Part shown: one piece after another, positions 35,084 to 38,472 of the stretch | How the letters are laid out: the number at the start of each line of letters is the position of its first letter | Numbering within the stretch: the stretch's first letter is position 1 | Source of the DNA: Promethearchaeota archaeon | Lineage (GTDB): Archaea > Asgardarchaeota > Lokiarchaeia > Sigyniarchaeales > SOKP01 | Length of the DNA stretch: 38,472 nt | Assembly: GCA_008080735.1 (NCBI GenBank) | Contig: SHMW01000035.1 | Coordinates: 1 to 38,472 of the forward strand | Direction of reading: 5' to 3' | Position numbers and translations under genes: made by a program | The notes under the pieces: generated by a model | What the model saw: only the letters and a program-made list of their open reading frames with translations | Database searches by the model: none | What the model was told of the DNA's origin: nothing

Positions 35084-36799
35084 ATGAAAACAGATATTTA
35101 TATCAAGAAAATTATTGAAGAGACGGGTTTAACAAAAAAGAAAATAGAGGATTTAGTCAATGAAAAGAAGCAAGAATTAAAGGGCTTAATCTCTGATGAG
35201 GGCGCACTCTTCATAATCGCAAAAGAATTGGGAGTAGATGTTAAAAATCAGAATAATGAATTAATACAAGATATTGAAATAAATGTGTCTGATATAACTT
35301 CAGATATGAGGAATATCACTTTAGTGGGGAGGATAAGGGAGATATATAGAATATTTAAATTTAATAGAAAAGATGGGAGTGAGGGAAAAGTCGGATCATT
35401 TCTTCTCCATGATAAGACGGGTGACATTCGAGTTGTGTTGTGGGATGAACAAACAGACGTATTTAAGAGCCCAGGTTTTGATATAAATGAGTTAGTTAAA
35501 GTTATTAATAGTTATGCTAAAGAAGGAAAGTATGGAGTTGAAATACATATCGGTAGATTAGGGAAGATTATTCTATCACCCGAGGATGTCAATTATAAAA
35601 ATTATCCAAAAATTACTAAAGAGATAATTCCTATTGAAGAGATAAACTTATCTCAAAGATCCATCTCGACAAAAGGAAAGGTCCTACGAGTAGCACCAAT
35701 CAATAAGTTTGAAAGAAAAGATGGAAATGAGGGAAGGGTTGGATCGCTTCATTTGGTGGATTCTACGGGCTCGATAAGGATTACCTTTTGGAATGAAGAT
35801 ACTGAAAAACTTTCGGAAGTAAAAAAAGGAGATAATATAAAAATCTCAAATCTCAATCCAAGACAGAGTAATTTTAATAAGAGAGAAATTGAACTATTTG
35901 CGAATTCCAATTCAAAAATATTACATACAAAGGAAGAAATCGATTTAAAGGGAAATTTTGTTGAGGATATTAAATCATTACAAAATATGGAAAATATTGT
36001 TTCCTTCAAGGGCATCGTATCTACTGTTGATAATTTAAAAAAGGTGACCTTAAAAAGCGGAGAAGAAGTATCTTTATTTAGCTTTGTAGTCAGTGATGAA
36101 ACGGATGGAATTCGAGTAACGTTATGGAGAGATCTTGCTGAGAAGTACTCAGAAAAAATAGAAAATAGCCAAGGGGTGTACTTAAAAAATGTCCTATTAC
36201 GATTCAGTAGTTTTTATAAGAGAAAAGAAATAAGTTTTATTGAAAATTCTGAAATAGAATTCATTGATCTGAAAATAGACCAAATAAAAGAAATAAATAC
36301 TAAAAACAAAAGAGAAGGATCCTCAAATTTTACTAGAAATTACTCTAATATAAAAGAGATTAATAGTTCTGGTTTTTTTGAACTAAAGGGGGTTATCGTT
36401 AAAGAAATTAATTCGATTACAGTTTATGATGCTTGCTCAAAATGTTTTAAGAAAGTTGATAATTGTCAATGTGAAGAGATAGGTGAAGTTGAAATAAGAA
36501 TGATCCTAAATATAGTAATTGATGATGGCACTGACACAATAAGATGTACATTTATTGGAGAGAATGCTGAAAAACTAATCGGAGAAAAAACGGAAATTGT
36601 GTCAAAGATTGTAGATTCGCCCGATATGGACAACTTTTTAGACAAAGTAAATCAAAAAATACTAGGTAAAGACATATTAGTGAGGGGTAAAGCGAAATAT
36701 AGCGATTTTTCGAATTTATATGAGGTTATCGTTTACGATTTCAAATATTTAAATATTAATAATGAATTAGAACACATTATTAACAAAATCGAAATTTAA
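35084..36799 (+). CDS. rpa: Replication protein A large subunit (RPA1-like, multi-OB with Zn site)
   Basis: N-terminal GLI...GA..IIA.ELG domain; three OB repeats (D.TG.IR..LW); C-terminal OB with CxxC..CxC and DDGT. Confidence 0.9.
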   Translation: MKTDIYIKKIIEETGLTKKKIEDLVNEKKQELKGLISDEGALFIIAKELGVDVKNQNNELIQDIEINVSDITSDMRNITLVGRIREIYRIFKFNRKDGSEGKVGSFLLHDKTGDIRVVLWDEQTDVFKSPGFDINELVKVINSYAKEGKYGVEIHIGRLGKIILSPEDVNYKNYPKITKEIIPIEEINLSQRSISTKGKVLRVAPINKFERKDGNEGRVGSLHLVDSTGSIRITFWNEDTEKLSEVKKGDNIKISNLNPRQSNFNKREIELFANSNSKILHTKEEIDLKGNFVEDIKSLQNMENIVSFKGIVSTVDNLKKVTLKSGEEVSLFSFVVSDETDGIRVTLWRDLAEKYSEKIENSQGVYLKNVLLRFSSFYKRKEISFIENSEIEFIDLKIDQIKEINTKNKREGSSNFTRNYSNIKEINSSGFFELKGVIVKEINSITVYDACSKCFKKVDNCQCEEIGEVEIRMILNIVIDDGTDTIRCTFIGENAEKLIGEKTEIVSKIVDSPDMDNFLDKVNQKILGKDILVRGKAKYSDFSNLYEVIVYDFKYLNINNELEHIINKIEI

Positions 36800-36863
36800 T
36801 TTTTTCTAATTTCTAAGTTTTAGACAAATATTCACCAAAAATTTATGAATCTACTCGCAATAA

Positions 36864-37805
36864 ATGAATAATATCAAAATTGTTGGATTAGGAGAAGTAG
36901 TCGTTGATTGGGTTGCAGAGGTACCACGATTTCCAAAACCAGATGAGAAATTAGACGCGATATCTGAAAACTATTTTTCAGGTGGAGTCACAGCCAATTA
37001 TTTGGTTGCAGTCTCTCGATTAGGTACAAGATGTGGATTTATTGGCGCAGTTGGTGATGATGATTATGGAGATTTTCTAATTAAGGACTTTAAAGAAGAA
37101 GGTATTGATACAACTCACACACTAAAACTCAAGAACAAAAAAACTCCCGTAAATTTCATATTTGTAGCTAAGGGTGAAAAAACAATAATTCAATCCCCAT
37201 ATATGAAAACTACTAAAATTAATACTAAAGATATTAAGTCCTCATATATTTCAGGCGCAAAATTGCTACATACTACAATAATTCATCCACAAATAACCGA
37301 AAAAGCTATTAAAATAGCAAAAAAGCACGATGTGAAATTAAGTATTGATTTAGAGGCCCAAATCGCAGAAAGAGGTTGGAAGAGTTTAGAGAAAGTCCTA
37401 TTAAAAGCGGATGTCGTTATTCTAAATAGAGAAGGTGCTAAAAAAATCACTAAAACTCACTTACCAGAAGAGGCAGCTAAAAAATTAGTAAATTATGGGA
37501 TACCTAGAGTCATTATCACTATTGGAAAGGAAGGAGCCATCATCACAACTTCAGACTTTCAAAAAAGAATTCCAGCTTTCGAGGTTGAAAAAGTTATTGA
37601 TACCACTGGGGCGGGTGATACGTTTAATGGAGCTTTTTCTGTTGCCCATTGGATTAAGGGTTGGGATTTGGAAAAATCATGCATTTTCGCAAATGCCGCT
37701 GCAGCCTTAAAAATACAAAAATTAGGTGCACGAACAGGGATGCCCGAAGAGAATGAAGTTCTAAATTTCCTTTCCAGGAGGAATATCGATTTTCTCACAT
37801 ATTAG
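36864..37805 (+). CDS. PfkB/ribokinase-family carbohydrate kinase
   Basis: GG..AN..VA..RLG, G.VGDD..G, N..., T.G.EG, DTTGAGDTF. Confidence 0.92.
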   Translation: MNNIKIVGLGEVVVDWVAEVPRFPKPDEKLDAISENYFSGGVTANYLVAVSRLGTRCGFIGAVGDDDYGDFLIKDFKEEGIDTTHTLKLKNKKTPVNFIFVAKGEKTIIQSPYMKTTKINTKDIKSSYISGAKLLHTTIIHPQITEKAIKIAKKHDVKLSIDLEAQIAERGWKSLEKVLLKADVVILNREGAKKITKTHLPEEAAKKLVNYGIPRVIITIGKEGAIITTSDFQKRIPAFEVEKVIDTTGAGDTFNGAFSVAHWIKGWDLEKSCIFANAAAALKIQKLGARTGMPEENEVLNFLSRRNIDFLTY

Positions 37806-38228
37806 TTATGTTATTAAACATATTTTTGAATATTTTTGGTGATTATCAACTAAAGTTCTACAATTATCAGCAAGTTCCTCAATTTCGACATCGCTCTTTT
37901 TTTGCTTGAAAGGCCACCTTCCTATAAGAATATTTCCCGTTTTTTTTTTAAAAGCGAAAAGAAACCCTTGTTTTTGGCCATTTAAAATAGTGAGTATTAC
38001 AAAAAAATTAGAATAATTTCTAATCGAATCTTTAGATCCAAATTCTTGTACAGAATCAATATTTTGAATATTTATAATATTGTTATTATTTGAACTTAGA
38101 GTTTTAAGCTTATCAGTGAATTCAGCAGGCATTTTTATAGATTTTTCATTTGGAATCTCCTCAAATGTTAATTTTAGATCTTCAAAATCAACCTCATTTA
38201 TACCTTTAAAATAGACTTTATAGACCAT
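37806..38228 (-). CDS. Hypothetical protein
   Basis: 140-aa ORF abutting the pfkB stop; no motif recognised. Confidence 0.6.
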   Translation of the reverse strand: MVYKVYFKGINEVDFEDLKLTFEEIPNEKSIKMPAEFTDKLKTLSSNNNNIINIQNIDSVQEFGSKDSIRNYSNFFVILTILNGQKQGFLFAFKKKTGNILIGRWPFKQKKSDVEIEELADNCRTLVDNHQKYSKICLIT

Positions 38229-38456
38229 AATTACAATTGAACGGTTTTATTGATAAATTAAATACAACCAGAATTAAAAAATCTTATCTTATTTTGAATT
38301 TAGTTCGTTAATTTATCTAAGTTTGATTATTAATTTCATATTTGGATCTTAAGAAGGAATTTTATTTAATTCAGAATTATCTAATTCATTTTAGAGAGCA
38401 TATTATAGAAAAATCTAAATATAATCTTTAATATTATTAATTAAAAAATAAATATT

Positions 38457-38472
38457 GCCTCCATAGCTCAGT
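38457..38472 (+). tRNA. 5' end of a tRNA gene, truncated by the window edge (isotype undeterminable)
   Basis: GCCTCCA-TA-GCTC-AGT reads as acceptor strand, U8-A9 and D-stem. TATA-like CTTTAATA lies about 25 nt upstream. Confidence 0.7.

Noticed and set aside
35360-35750. Repeated AGAAAAGATGG...GAGGGAA segments
   Set aside because: They reflect OB-domain duplication inside RPA (RKDGxEGxVGS), not a DNA repeat element.
3155-37798. Numerous antisense or alternate-frame ORFs nested in recognised genes (e.g. 4465-4860, 6641-7048, 11251-11652, 17100-17393, 24747-25019, 35749-36015)
   Set aside because: They are shadows of well-supported genes, with Ser/Ile/Phe-rich antisense composition.
1-38472. 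CRISPR arrays, IS elements, integrases, defence systems
   Set aside because: No regularly spaced repeats, terminal inverted repeats or such genes were seen by eye, including next to the tRNAs.

Overview
AT-rich, gene-dense archaeal chromosomal segment, most likely from an Asgard archaeon (Lokiarchaeia-like). Evidence for this is a Loki-type profilin, a very large ES9 insertion in the 23S rRNA, a RING-like protein and RPA1/RPA2-like genes. The window opens inside the 5' third of a minus-strand 23S rRNA gene. That gene has no upstream 16S, and has its own TATA promoter and a ~400-nt structured leader. The rest is mostly housekeeping: the archaeal CoA pathway (PanE, PPS, PoK), aRF1, a Get3-type ATPase, tRNA thiolation enzymes, a site-2 protease, the aIF-2beta/DUF424/NMD3/Rio1/Dim2 cluster, FtsZ2, TFB, RpoP (missed by the ORF track), proteasome chaperones, ArgC/LysY, ADH synthase/aldolase, PyrH, ProC, MfnB and PfkB. 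Two complete tRNA genes carry introns at non-canonical positions: initiator tRNA-Met (D-arm intron) and tRNA-Leu(CAA) (D-loop and T-loop introns). A third tRNA is cut off by the window end. No CRISPR array, transposase, integrase or defence island was seen. The best leads are a profilin fused to an unknown helical C-terminal domain, a DUF72 protein ending in a perfect PIP box, a Cys-less LysA-like enzyme coupled to a glycosyltransferase, an S2P with an extra inserted domain, PAC4-like and ZSWIM7-like proteins, and an apparent ATT start codon. All family calls come from motif recognition by eye; no searches were run.
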